Source: Styela clava
Taxonomy: Eukaryota
Assembly: GCF_964204865.1 (NCBI RefSeq)
Contig: NC_135260.1
Location: 9,982,001 to 10,046,000, forward strand
Direction of reading: 5' to 3'
Length of the DNA: 64,000 nucleotides
Both the position numbers and the translations under genes were made by a program. Positions 39,150 to 51,851 of this stretch are shown here, piece after piece. The first letter of the stretch is position 1. The number at the start of each line of letters is the position of its first letter. The notes under the pieces were generated by a model. It was not told the DNA's origin. It saw only the letters and a list, made by a program, of their open reading frames with translations, and did not search any database.

Positions 39150-42100
39150 TCAAATCAGTATAATTCTTTTCATAACTAAATGACTTTGTTCGCCAGCTGA
39201 ATCCTGCAATTTATTTTAAGCATTGTCAGTATTGTTATTATTAAATTCATCGTGGAATCAAAGTCGTTGTTTGTCACGTTGAATTTATAGTGTAATTGGC
39301 ATAAATGAAAGTATTCACTTAAACTAGGTTAATTGAGTGAAGGATTTTTATATTGAAATAAATAATCACGTATTACCTGACTTGTCGTTTTAGTTGACCG
39401 TCTTTTTCGTCCCGCCTGTGTTAAGGAGAGCGCTGGTTTGTTTCGATTTGTGGAACTTTTATCATCACATATGGGTTCGCAGTTTTTAAGGCATACCCTT
39501 ACTCTGAGTAAAAAGTAATTGAAAATTGAATCAAGAATTAAATCGAGCGCTAAATTTATCTTATAGTATAAAATCAAAACTACCTGCATTGCAAATAAAC
39601 TTCCTTCGATTCCTTGTCCTTGTATTTCCAGTCAAAAATTCGGAGCGCCCATCTTGCTTGCTTTCCGACTCCATTTAAAATCACAGTCGTAAATATTGCA
39701 TTTGTAGAACATCTTCATAAAGTGGATAAATAGAATGTGCTCATTTAATATACGCTATGAAATCTTGGCACTTGTAATTTGCATTCAAACGCTTATTATA
39801 CCAGAAGCTAAGTAAAAGCAATAACCAGAGATATTTAGTATAATATGGTTTTTTATTTCAACCATTAGCAACACTTCCTCTAAAGAGAAGCAATGGAACA
39901 AATACATACAGTAACAAAAGTAGAGCAATGCTCAAATATATGGACACGAAAGATAAAAAACGAAGTAGTAACAGATATTTTACAGTACCGGAAGTCTCAC
40001 CACTAGAACACTGAGGTGTGATCACGGAAGCACGGCTCGCACTTTTTAATTTTGATGACGTCATCAAACATAATTTAGAAGTGAGGAGCGAATCACATAG
40101 TCCTCAGATATATTTGAAATAAATAAAAGTAAATGTCTTCTAGCCTCAACAGCAAGATTTAACCACAGAAAATTTCAAAGCAATTATTTCTGTAGTTAAA
40201 AAGAAGAGCAATTTTTTCACAACAACAACATAAAACAAAATGATCCATAAGTCCATCTCGTGTCGAATAATAGTCGGAGAATGTTTCATTTTTATCGATA
40301 CGGAATTTAACAAATGTTTGATAAGAAGAAGCATATTACATCGCTTTTTTGGTTCAGTTGAATATATATCAATGCAGAACTAGACGATAACGAAACCAGT
40401 TAGTATACAGATAATCTTCATACGATGCAGAAAAATTATGCGGCTCTGATGGAGAGACTTATCTGATAATTTTGTATAAACATTCTCACCCATCGTTGAT
40501 GAGATCGTGCACGACGTTTCTTTCTTTTGTTGAATCAGCAACCCAACATTTATCAGCAAGTATGACCATGCTCTCATAACCAGATAACCCAATTGACAAC
40601 AAATCCACAGAAAGATATAAGACTTCACCTAAAACAAGAAAGCGATGATTAAATATATGGACACGAAAGCCAAAACTAAGTAGTGTCAAATCTTTGCAGT
40701 ACCTGTAGTCTGACTACCAGATCACTGAAATGTGATCAGTGAACCACAGCATGGAATTCTTAATTTCAATGACGTAATAATTGAAAGAGTATCGAATGGA
40801 ATAATAACTGGGGAATCGAACAAGGATTTTGTGTTATTGTTCCAAAATATATTTCAAATTTATATTCGGCGATTCAGTTGACTATACGCGAAAACCATGT
40901 AATATAAATTGGTCAAATATTACAAAGAAGATATTGTACTATTGTGAATAAAAGTTTTATTTATGTTAAAAGTTTCATGAATTCATTCTTAGAAGTACCT
41001 TGGGCAATTTTTGGACTATTACGATATCTGTGACTCGGTAGGAAAGAATCATCTCTATATATGAACATTTCCGCATTCACAGCTTCTGTTACTTTTCTTT
41101 CGCTGATTGTCCTGGTTACGAAGAATAAAAACGTAAATTATCAGTTAATATTGCTACTGGAAAAATAAAAGTTCATCAAGTAATTAATACACGGAAGTCG
41201 TGACAAAGTTCAAATTATATAAGATCAACTTCATTTTATAAGTAATTCTTGCTGCAAACTGAAACATAAATATATGTTAGTGTGCATAGAATAGTTATCT
41301 TCACTTTCGTTGCAGCATCATTGCATTATATGCATGCGGATCCAACGGTGCAAAAGAATAGAAAAAAGGGTAAGCAGTTGCTGTTGCATAAGACAATCGA
41401 TATCCCTTATTATTTTGCCACAGTAGAATCAAATAAGCTTATGTATAGTATTTTTAAATTTGAATGGATCAAAGGCGCAAAAGACCACTGAAGTTATAAG
41501 CGCCATAAAACATATATAAAACAACAACAACAAGCTTATGTCACATTTTAAGGTTTTGAAAAAATCGCATTTTCCTAATTTTCACATTTGTACAGTCAAA
41601 CCTAAAAATGGAAATAAGTCACTACTAGGGCTGAGCATTCCGAATCGAATCGGATAGTGAATTATTCGAATCGGTTCAGACAGAAATTTTGAATCCCCAC
41701 CATCTTGTTTTTTATTTGGCCGCACAAAGGTCGAGGTGAATTCCTTGGTTATTTTTATCGAAGCCATATTTTCACACAATGTAATTTTGACATACGACTC
41801 TTTTCTTTTCCGTGAAGTATCGATGAAACATGTTTCTTATTGTGTGTACGCTCAGCAAACTGTCTGGGTGCTGGATTCAATGTTTTCAGTAATTTATGTG
41901 CTTGGAGGAACCATCACAATAAAAAAGTCACATACATTTGAATATCTTCCAAATATTCAAAATTCAGCTCGATTCGAAAAAAGAAATTATCAAGTATTCG
42001 GAAATGCCCAGCCCTAGGCACTACCGAAAATCTAAGCTAAAACAGGTGGAGTTTTTAAACCCAGACAAATTTTGGTTTTACTGTAGCGATATATTCTCTA

Positions 42101-45100
42101 AAAGAATCATTGACAGGAGATTTTCAATAATCAGCTGCATTCAAAATTCTTACCTGACAGTGGGAATGATTCCGAATCCTAAACCAACTGTGGAATTAAC
42201 TTGTTTATTGTAAACGCATGTTATATCAACAATTACAACAGTTGAATCAACAAAACTATCAGAAAGTCTCCATAAAACTTGATTCCTGATAATCAATTTA
42301 TCTCGGTCAGTCTGAATGTAAATAAAAAGTGAATAGTTCTGGTATATCTCGATTCATACAATTTTGAAATGAGCCTTCTTATTTATTATAATATATAAGA
42401 CGATAAGAAGTATATTCTCTGTTCTTGAATAAGTAATTAAACCGAAGTAACATATTAATAAAAATATTATGAGAGCGTGACATGAGAGGGCGAAACAGAT
42501 GTAATTATTACAGTAAGCAGATAAATTCTAGTGTGCAGAGTCTAGATCGAGAATAACAAATTATCAAATATTAACAGTCCAAGTAATAAAAGAAATCCAA
42601 AATAAAAACGACACCTGCTCGCTCACCCATCTAAAAGCGCGCGAATTGGTTATCTATAAAATGTCTTATGCAGTGGTGTTTTTTATGATGACTACATTTA
42701 AAGAAGGTTTTAAAAGTCTATACATAGAAGTTTAGCTGCTTTCAGCTTTTAGTTACCTGAAGTTCTGAACCGCAACTTTTGTCAATAGGCTGTGGTAAAG
42801 CCAAAACAAACATCGATCCCCGAATTTCTGCAAAACAGTCTTTTGAATCAGCTTTCTTGAATTGAATTAGCGTAGGATCTGATATCAAGCCGTCGTCCCT
42901 GACAATTCCCTCGTCAAACGATATCGATATAAAGTTCTCTTCGCATGTTAGCTCGGGTTCCGCTGAAAGCAAGTTAAAGCTTTACTTATTTTTTTAAATA
43001 CCGATAGATCCAGTCAGGAAACATTCAATGAGAGATCAAGTTATGACGTTAGAATAATAGCTTGTCTGTGCGTGCATTAAATCGTCAGACCAAATACTTT
43101 TTTCATTGCGTTGTGAGTGAATGATCAATCTCGAAGCTTGTTCCATTTTGGTAACCGCTCGATGGTACCGCACATACTGATAATGTAACTAACTTCCTAA
43201 TTTTATACAACAAAGCTCACCATATAGACAATTTTTTCCAGCAAATCCTTTAGCACATTTACATTCATATCCAGTCATGACATGATCATTGACGATACAA
43301 GTTCCTCCGTTTTGACAGGGAGTCCGATCGCATGGGCACGGACCCAGAGTACATATCTACAAATATAAAATTTGGTATTGCTGTTGTTAGTATACCATTT
43401 CTTCGATTGACAATATCAGAATCTCTGTTGCAAAGTTTAAAATAAATCATACCTCAACTTCCAAGTCAGTCCCGGGACAGAGTGTCGATCCGGATATGTC
43501 ACCGGTACACATTCGTCTCCTTATTCTTTCGCCATTTCGACATGTAACTGAACACGGACTCCATGAACTCCACACTGCCCATCCAAGCCGGCCTGAATAT
43601 GCATAAAAACGGTTCAGGATATTTAAAATAAAAAAAAAAATTACCAAATTCGACGACAACTACATACCATTGGAACCAATGAATGATTGCGTTTGGAAAC
43701 ATTTCGGTCCTTCTGTTATACCCGGCAGACGAAAGTTTTCCTGAAAGCAGCATTTGAACTGATTGCATTTGTCTCTGTCAAATATTTATAAATAAGAAAT
43801 TTGATTTTGAATAAGAAACTTTCCAGGAAAATAAAGACAAAGCAGAAATGATTCGGGATGGGAGCCAAATTGAAGATTTGATAGTGGTAAAATTGCTTCG
43901 CTGATTTGAATATTAAAATATAAATAAATACCTTGTTATGGTAGATTGGTCTCCACACGGGAGTCGCATTGATGGTTCACGATGAACACAAGATTTGTAA
44001 ATTCTTGCTTTTCCAATCGAAACTAGTCCTTCCGGACCGTTTATCCCTAAATCATAAACAAATAGTTTTATCAGTTCGCCAGGTCACGCGCCGAAAACAA
44101 ATAAACAACTCATTACGATTTAATTACCGTAAACTTCTGATATTTGCTTGAGGCAATACACTTCCGTGTTACATTGTCGGAACTCTTCTTTTGTTCCATT
44201 ACACGTACCGCTTACGAAATTATCTGGAATGCAGTATCGACTTCTCATCTGCGTTCCTGTTGGACCACACGATCGGCTACATCGACCCCATGGTCCCCAG
44301 AAAGACCAATTACCCTTCTCCTCGATTTTTCCATTTCTTGCAAACATTTCTGCAAAACGAATGAAAATAGAAATTTAAAATGACAATCGAGTATGGCTTT
44401 TTTGGCATATTTCTCTCAATGACCATTGAAACAATTATATCATTGTTTTTACATATATATGGTCCTATGCGCGGTTGGATTTTAAGACGAAGACAAATCT
44501 GTCCCGAAATCATTTTAAATTCTTATACGTTACTGTACATTGTCAAAACGTTCAATTAACGTGGGTTAAGTAATGAGAATGTTCTGTCATTTACTATATA
44601 TACTAACAAATACCTGGAGTTGAACATTCCCGCTCATAAATATCTAGTCCAGTTTCTACATCGAATCTTCGGACGAACTTACAATTCGGATTGCATTCTT
44701 TTACCCAGAGAGTTTTGCTGGAGTGGCTTGTTGTCGGGAAACCAGCACCAAGTTTGTATTTCGCTATACCTTGAGAAAGTTCGTCTAATATGATGCCCTG
44801 AAATGAAATTAGTATAAGAAAAACGAACAAAAGAACAAGAAAGCGCTGCTCAGATATAAAGATACGAAGGTCAAAACAAAGTAGTACGGGTATGCAATCT
44901 GTCACAGTAGGCTACCGGTACCCCAGTCTTCACGACTTCGCTTTGGCACTAGGCCATAGGTTCTCAAAGTGCTCCGTACGGAGCCCCAGGGCTCCGCGAG
45001 AGAAACCCAGGGGCTCCGCGAGCTATTCGATTACTTTTCAAAATAATTGAAAAATAATAATGACTTGGCTAATTTAAAACTGTTCCTAGAAGCAATAACA

Positions 45101-47541
45101 GCTTTGATAAAATTTGACAACAATATAGCCTCGAAATATGGCAAAGTGGCGGCCTCAAAAAATGACATTATTTATAAGCAGGAGCGCAGCCAGGATTCTT
45201 AAGAGGGAGGAGGTTCAAATTTGGAATCGGAAATTTATGCGCAACATTCTTGGCGATTCAAAAAAAAAACGGATAACGAGATTTCTGTTGCGTAAAATAT
45301 TCAATTCATGACCGATGTGAGCGTGTCTTGTCGTAATAATTTAATTGTGCTCATCGTTACTCACGTTCGATTCCAGATTACTATTAGGATTACTAAAATG
45401 AAAGAATACTATTCTAAAATAACATAAACTGCTAACTATAAATAAATTGGAGTCGTATTTTTGCGATCTTGGGATTTGTTAAACTTGATTTGTTCTCCGT
45501 CGGTAGTTTTAGAGTGGAAAAATTTTATTCTGACGTGAGTCTGCTGAAACAAAACGTATAGTGTTATCTTCCATTTTAAGTTTTAGTTCTAATATTTTAG
45601 AATGCCGCTTTTTAATCAAAAAATTTGAATTGCGGATCTACCTCTTTATTAACTATTATTTTTAGCATTTCGTCGCCGATGATTATAATATGGTAACATG
45701 TTTTTCACATTGAACTTATAATTCCCCACGAGAACGAAAAAGCAATTATCGTCGTCATTGCGGAACAATACATGTATATGCTGAAGGAAATTTTTGATTT
45801 AGTGAGAATAAACACCGGCGTAAAGATGTTTGAGGTTTAAAAACACGCCATGCTGACGAAAACAATCGGCGATTGTAACAAAATGCAATCGCGCACGTTA
45901 TTAGCGACCTTCTAAGTCTTCCAAAAATGTCAAGAGGGGAAAAGATTCAACGCCTAATTTATTAATATGTTTGTCATGTGTCAAATTTACAGCTTTAGTA
46001 TTATACAATTTATCTTTGAAATTTAGATTTATTTATGACTTGTATTAACCCTATTAAAAGGGTTTAGTATTTAAATTGAGTAAAGTACGTTTAACTTACT
46101 CAGGAATATTAATCGGAAAGTAACAATTTTAGCATTTATTTTGGGGCTCCGTGAATAATAGTCAACCTTTTCAAGGGATCCGCAACGCCAAAAGTTTGAG
46201 AACCCCTGCACTAGGCGAACGCGGAACCACAAGTTGCGCAATTTTTAATTTTAATGACGTCATCGCACACAAATCTTAAACCACAAATTTCGCCCAGTAG
46301 CTAATGAGCAAGCGAAAATGAGAAAAATTTTCCACAACAACCAAAGGAAACAAAATACTAACAGAAGCAACAACAACATAATATCAAAACTATCCATATG
46401 TACTTTTCGTGTCCAATTATAACAAGTATAACGAGAAGAATGTTAGAGTATCTGGGATGTAACGTATACGGTGGGCTAATGGACCAAAATATCGTTTGGC
46501 GAAGCAGGAGATATAGTTTCTCTGACAGCTGATATAAAAAGAAATCCGCAATTAGTTAGTTCCACGGAATCCAAACCCAACTATAGTTTTGAAAAAATCT
46601 AATACCACTAGGGTGGGATGTCTTTTATTTTCATTTATCAAAAACCAAATTACAAAGTAGAGAATTACGAGATTTTCAAATCTACAAAATAGGAAAACCG
46701 ATATACGGTACATTTACTTATAAATAACACGTTTTTTTTATTTAAAATAACTGTAAAACATATATTATTGATCATTTGAAATGTGTGGGAGAGATTTCTT
46801 GCTATAGCTATCGATCGACTAGGTCAAAAAAAATTATTTTAAGGGGAAGGTTTATATTTAAATCATTTTTAAATTCAGGCTAGGTCTTATTTTTTTTTAA
46901 ATATTTCGAGGAAACAAGGTAGGGTTAAAGCCTAAAAGGGCTTGGCTTCATTTCAAAAAGTCAAAACAATCCTTTTTATTCCACAACTTCGTTCAAACTA
47001 CACTCCGCTTCATAATATTTTAACCCATTTTCAAAATAACCAAAACCTTGTAAGAATATATATATATGTATAGTACTGCTATACACACTTACCGTACACG
47101 AAGTGAGAGCATTGCAGATTTTTTCAGCTTCTATTCGTGTTTCGAACAAATATTTCATCCCTTTTCTGTCGCCTCGATGCAGCATTGTATTCATATTTGA
47201 ACTTGTAAATTTTTTATATTCACATTTTTCATTAGCAATGACTGCAAATAATAATCCAAAAATAAAAAGTTATGAGTAATATTCATCGGTGTGATAGCAT
47301 TAATTTTTTTATATATACAAATACAACTTGTATAAAGCCAAGGTATGGCTCAAATCTAAAACTTTAAATTAGTTACCCATATATATAGAACATCACTAGT
47401 GATTCTGTTACAAATCGATGAACGATTTTAACCTAATACAATATAATACATTTTAAAATACTCACATGTCCCTTTCGTCAAGACCAAATTTCGAAGTACC
47501 ATCCATATCACAACAACGAATACCAGTCTTTTCTCCGCCAT
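39150..47541 (-). CDS. ~684 aa secreted ZP-domain protein: signal - Cys-rich N-domain - TSP1 - trefoil - TSP1 - EGF - ZP-N - ZP-C - furin site
   Basis: Exons 47541-47466, 47241-47093, 44797-44614, 44349-44128, 44046-43932, 43774-43668, 43592-43453, 43356-43221, 42962-42757, 42311-42154, 41111-40999, 40628-40490, 39712-39584, 39503-39377, 39203-39150 (2055 nt, phases compatible). TSP1 WSFWGPWGRCSRSCG and WSSWSPCSVTC. Trefoil C..RLPCG..ITRDKC...CCF..PKCF. EGF PCQNGGTC..YECKCAKGFAGKNC. ZP LTCEENFISISF..SCGS..ITCVY and GEVLYLSV..DKCWV..LINDGC..VYLQCRVRVC. Furin site RKRR. Confidence 0.9.
39913..40271 (+). mobile_element. Repeat family X, copy 2 (uninterrupted, ~360 bp)
   Basis: Same termini as copy 1 (ATGCTCAAATATATGGACACGAAA ... 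CCATAAGTCCATCTCGTGTCGAATAAT) and shared internal blocks. Confidence 0.75.
40633..40778 (+). mobile_element. Repeat family X, copy 3 (truncated), abutting a splice acceptor
   Basis: AACAAGAAAGCGATGATTAAATATATGGACACGAAAGCCAAAAC matches the left end of copy 1. Confidence 0.75.
41626..42016. mobile_element. hAT (Ac-type TAGGG termini) MITE
   Basis: TAGGGCTGAGCATTCCGAAT ... ATTCGGAAATGCCCAGCCCTA, with flanks GTCACTAC/GGCACTAC (7/8 TSD match). Confidence 0.85.
44834..46420 (+). mobile_element. Repeat family X, copy 4, interrupted by a hAT element
   Basis: Left end AACAAGAAAGCGCTGCTCAGATATA, right end TTTTCGTGTCCAATTAT. Sequence after 46216 (GAACGCGGAACCACAAG..AATTTTAATGACGTCATC) continues the family consensus. 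Confidence 0.7.
44955..46208. mobile_element. Non-autonomous hAT (Charlie-like) transposon, 1254 bp, perfect 8-bp TSD
   Basis: CATAGGTTCTCAAAGT ... AGTTTGAGAACCCCTG, flanked by CACTAGGC (44947-44954 and 46209-46216). GGGCTCCG subterminal repeats. Confidence 0.9.
46605..46921 (-). mobile_element. pogo/Tc2-type MITE, inverted copy of the 34561-34931 family
   Basis: Reverse-complement matches TTTTCATTTATCAAAAAC..GAGAATTACGAGATTTTCAAAT..ATTTACTTATAAATAACACG..CTAGGTCTTATTTTT. Confidence 0.8.
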
Positions 47542-50500
47542 GTCGGATTGCTAAATGAAAAATAATAATAGCGAATTTTTTGAACAAGCGGTGATTATCA
47601 ATTTCTGACTTGCCTCTTCGCGCGGATTTCAGGTATTGGCAGGGCGTTGTACATCCGACAGAGATTACAATGTCTGATAACTTAATGTGTTATTCTCGTA
47701 ATTCACATCTCTTAACTTAAACAATAAATACGCCCATTTGAAATATTCTCTTTGACAGACGATAACCAAGTAATGCGATTTGTGTTAATTATGATGTAAT
47801 AGGAACTACACAATGCATCACAAGTGATATATAAACACATCAAGGACGTAAACATAATTACTGTCACAATAGATATCCTTAATTTTTAATTCATTCGTTT
47901 GTTCAATTTAGCGTAGCATGTTGCAATGAAGTTATCTTCAAAAGTTATCTCTAGGTCGTTATTAGTACAAAATATTAAAATATCGATCAACATATCGCAT
48001 TGGCTTCTGATTTTTGTGGAAATCTGCGCAACCTTTATCTAACCTATTCTTAAATCATTTACTGCAGAATGAAAGTTTACCCGACCTCTGACCCCTGGAA
48101 AATTTGTTCCCATACTTTGCCATTGTAAAATATTTTGATGCTTATCTTGAGAGATCAATATTATTTCGAAAAACTGATTTACCTACTTTATATCCTCCAT
48201 TATGATCATAATATTCAACCACCTGCCATTAAAAGAACTGATAGCAAATGTATGCCTAGTTTATCGCGACTTTGGTGTAGTAAATTTTGATAACATCCAA
48301 ACTGAAGCTCTCAGAGGGAACAAAATGGCCAATGAGTTATTCGATTTATACATAAATTTCAAGAACACGAATAGAAACTGACGAATTGTTAGCAAAACAA
48401 CGATAACGAGTAAATGTTTGCCACCACGCGGGAAAACATCGTTTGAATCAAGAAAGTGTCGGTTCAGCCGCAGGGGTGACCAAGGTTTTTGGACCAGGGG
48501 CCAAAAATGTTGCCCACTTAGACTGGCGGGTCATGTAAGTGTGACGTAAAAAGTTACATTCTATGAACAATATTTACATTGTTAAAAAGCAAAAGTGGAA
48601 AACAATAACCCTCGTATCAAAACCCAATTTAATCGCAATCGCAGTCTGGTTGTGGCAGCTTGATTGAATTACCTAACGTGCCGGATTCAAAATCGGTGAT
48701 CGAGAAAACATCCATTGCAAGTCTGGGCAAGATCGACAAAACTTTTAAACCCATTTAAGTCATCCCCTTTGTAAATCAGATAGCTGGAATCATTAAAATT
48801 AACCGAGTTAACTTTTTTAGTCAAAATAAAAGCATGTAATGGAAATCTTTTGTTTCAAATATTGGTTGGGTGGATACTAGTGCATCTATCAACTTATTTT
48901 GTGGGAAACAAATCCCTCAGCTATTCGAACATGTTTGGTAAAGTAAATTACAGAGATATATTTACTTTTTCAAACTTGTGAATGTAATAATTCTACCGTT
49001 CGCGGTTATCGCGAGCGACGTATGACCAAACGTGTGCGGGTTCCCTGAAAGAGGAATTTTAACTAAATGCAAGTAATTTTGCTGTATTTTTATCTCAGCT
49101 TTAAAACAGAGTATTCCATCAAACACTGTTAATTATGAATTTAATAAGAGCTACCGTCCATTGTTCATTGTATTAATTTTACATGCGGCGTTGTCCTTTC
49201 TTTCCATATGAGCAAACAATTGTTGCTTCGTAAAGATTAATGTAACCTTATGGGTTTTATTGCGGAGTTATTTGATTTATTTTATATTACAGCATATGAC
49301 GGGGAGTATAATATGCAACGGTTATACTTCCATCTCAAAATTAGTTGTTGTCGTATAGACGTATTTTGAATTCAGATGAGATGGGCATATTCAACTAGTT
49401 GTAACCATTAAATGCATTTTATTTTATTAAATAATGCACAATGTTATTTTACAGCTTTGGGTTATAGTTGGTTCCAATGAACATAAAAAAACTTTATATC
49501 CACTATCAAGATTGCAAACTTGGAACTAATAAGACTCGTTTTCAATGCTTCATTTTCGTCTATTAAAAACGTGTCTATAACGTTTGTTACAATCAACTTG
49601 ACATGATAAACCGCCAATCAATATGTACGTTGTTTCCAGCCTATTTAATCATTTTTCTACGGACGATACTATCCGTGACAACATATTTATTATTCAAAAT
49701 ATGAATGTTTTGCTCCCGATTGAAACAATTCATTATATTGTTTTCAAATTTCGCCTCTTCGTCGAATATAATGAGAAATGTTTTGGGCAAAACATCGAGT
49801 CAAAGAAACGGCGCCAATCCGTTTGTCTTCGGTGTATATTTAACCTCATTCAGTAACCTTTTAAATCTCCCATAGGTATGAAGAAGTTGTAATAAAGAAT
49901 ATTATATGGAATTATGATGACATGAGAACCGTGTGATCATTATGTTTTTGTTGATATTCTCTGTGATTGAGATGGTGTTTCGAATTCAAGAATCAGAACG
50001 TTATATACGAGCTTTAGAAGTTGTATAGTGGGATGAATAAGCATGAATTTTTAGATATTAATCAGCGGCAAAGATGTCCAAAATCATAATTCTAACTGCC
50101 AGAATTCTTTGTAGAATTATGACAAATAAAAAATACTACTCAAAGAGTTCCTACCATATCCATTGGTGTTATAACTATGAGCATATTAGTTTGAAAGTAC
50201 ATTGTGTTTGAATTTATGCCCGAATTTAATTAAAAAGTAATTAATTGATGACTGTTCAGACTGGTGGGGCGAACTTGTATACCAAAAATGTAATTTTGCA
50301 GAAAATAATGGTTAGTTGTTATTTAGTGTACGTTGTTACTTCGAAACGCTTATCAAAATATTCCGTACCATAGGTTTGCCTCCCACATCAACGACATCAG
50401 ATCACACTAGAACATTAAAAAATATATGATTTATATATTACTCTTATATCAAGTTTACTTTATTTCATCATCCTTCAATATTTTTCGGTCTCTTGTAGAA

Positions 50501-50551
50501 CCATGTAACATACACGTTTTGAATCTTAACCGACCGCTTATTATGTGATTT

Positions 50552-51851
50552 ATGACAACCAGAATGGAATTACTGAAGACATTACCTGGAGTTACTGTCA
50601 GGAAACACGAAGTTCAATATCCACACCATTACAATAACGTACCCAGCAATGTAACGGTGCTGAATGTATTGCGACCCTTCTCGCAGCAGCGAGTAGGGTC
50701 ACTGCACGCAAATGTAAGCCCAAGGCTTGTCTACAGCGCTGGCGACAGCTATATAATGAATTTCGGTGGCGATCCTATGCTTCGAGGAGATTCAATATTC
50801 TATCCTAGAAAATCAGATCCCAAGCCGATTTTGAAGAATCAAAATGCAAACAATAGCCCTTACGGTAGCAGAGGTTTGTTTCTAGAACATAATGCTGCTA
50901 ATGTAAAGAGAGAAGGCGCAAAGTCACCTGGTATAACACGAAAGTCTCAGAAACATGTAACCGTTAATAACGTATTAAACCAGTCTGAACAGCACGTGAT
51001 TCCAAAAACTCCAAGTAAAAATGTAACATTCAAATTGGAAAATGAAGATAGACGCAGAAACGTTGTTGAAGCACAGTGGTCGCTCGGGATCTCAAAAATC
51101 AACAAACCTCTACGTGAGCCAAGAAAAATTCACTCAGAACAATACAGGTGAAAGGAAAAATTTCAGTTTTCAAACTTTCAAGCGCAAGAAACTCTAACGG
51201 AACGTCGTTTTGGACAACTGGGTTACCACTTGTTCTCTTTAAAATGTACATTTATGACAGCAATAGCTGATTATTTTGTATACACCAAGAGCATATTTGT
51301 AGTTGACCTCTCCTTTTGCAGATCTAATGAACCACGCCGTGCTCTAACTTCAGAGCAAAGCAGTAGAAAGTACTTTTTGCCACTCCTGCTGAAAAGAAAT
51401 GCTAAAGGAAATCATGTAAGTAAGACACGATTTGGAAAAATCAAGTAGATGTGAATTAACAAAGAATTATGTTCAGAAACAATTTGGTCAAGCAGCTCAA
51501 ATTTCTGACTAGCTACTGATACGCCAGCTCAACTATCCAATTTCAAAAATCTTCGGTGCAGAAGTTGACCATGCATTTTCTAGTTCATTTATGTTGTAAA
51601 CTTTGTAATCAAATGTATTTGTTCTAGTGCATCTGAAATCATTTCAACATAAACGTTCCATGATAGTATGTACTGTTATACAGATTGTGCCTGCGACCGC
51701 CACTCCTTCTCCAAGACGTCCACAAGGTGTTGGCGGATTTAATGATCGAGGACCGTTACGATTCCGCTCGATGGCAGACGAGTACAGAAAAACACTGAAC
51801 CAACCTGGGGTAAACAAAAGAGGGCTTCAAAGACCAAACGTCAGTGCGTGA
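50552..51851 (+). CDS. ~285 aa basic, likely disordered protein of unknown function
   Basis: Exons 50552-51147, 51322-51415, 51684-51851, GT-AG, phases 2 and 0 compatible, 858 nt. AATAAA at ~51906. No recognisable globular domain. Confidence 0.72.

Noticed and set aside
46976-47092. Read-through of ZP exon 2 (..LQGFGYFENGLKYYEAEC..) as an extra exon
   Set aside because: Splicing to the AG at ~47047 gives an early stop. The GTAAG donor at 47092 joined to 44797 keeps frame and completes the Cys motif.
48471-48520. Isolated hAT-like left ends (CAGGGGTGACCAAGG here, others at ~4585 and ~13706)
   Set aside because: No matching right terminus or TSD found, so element boundaries cannot be supported.
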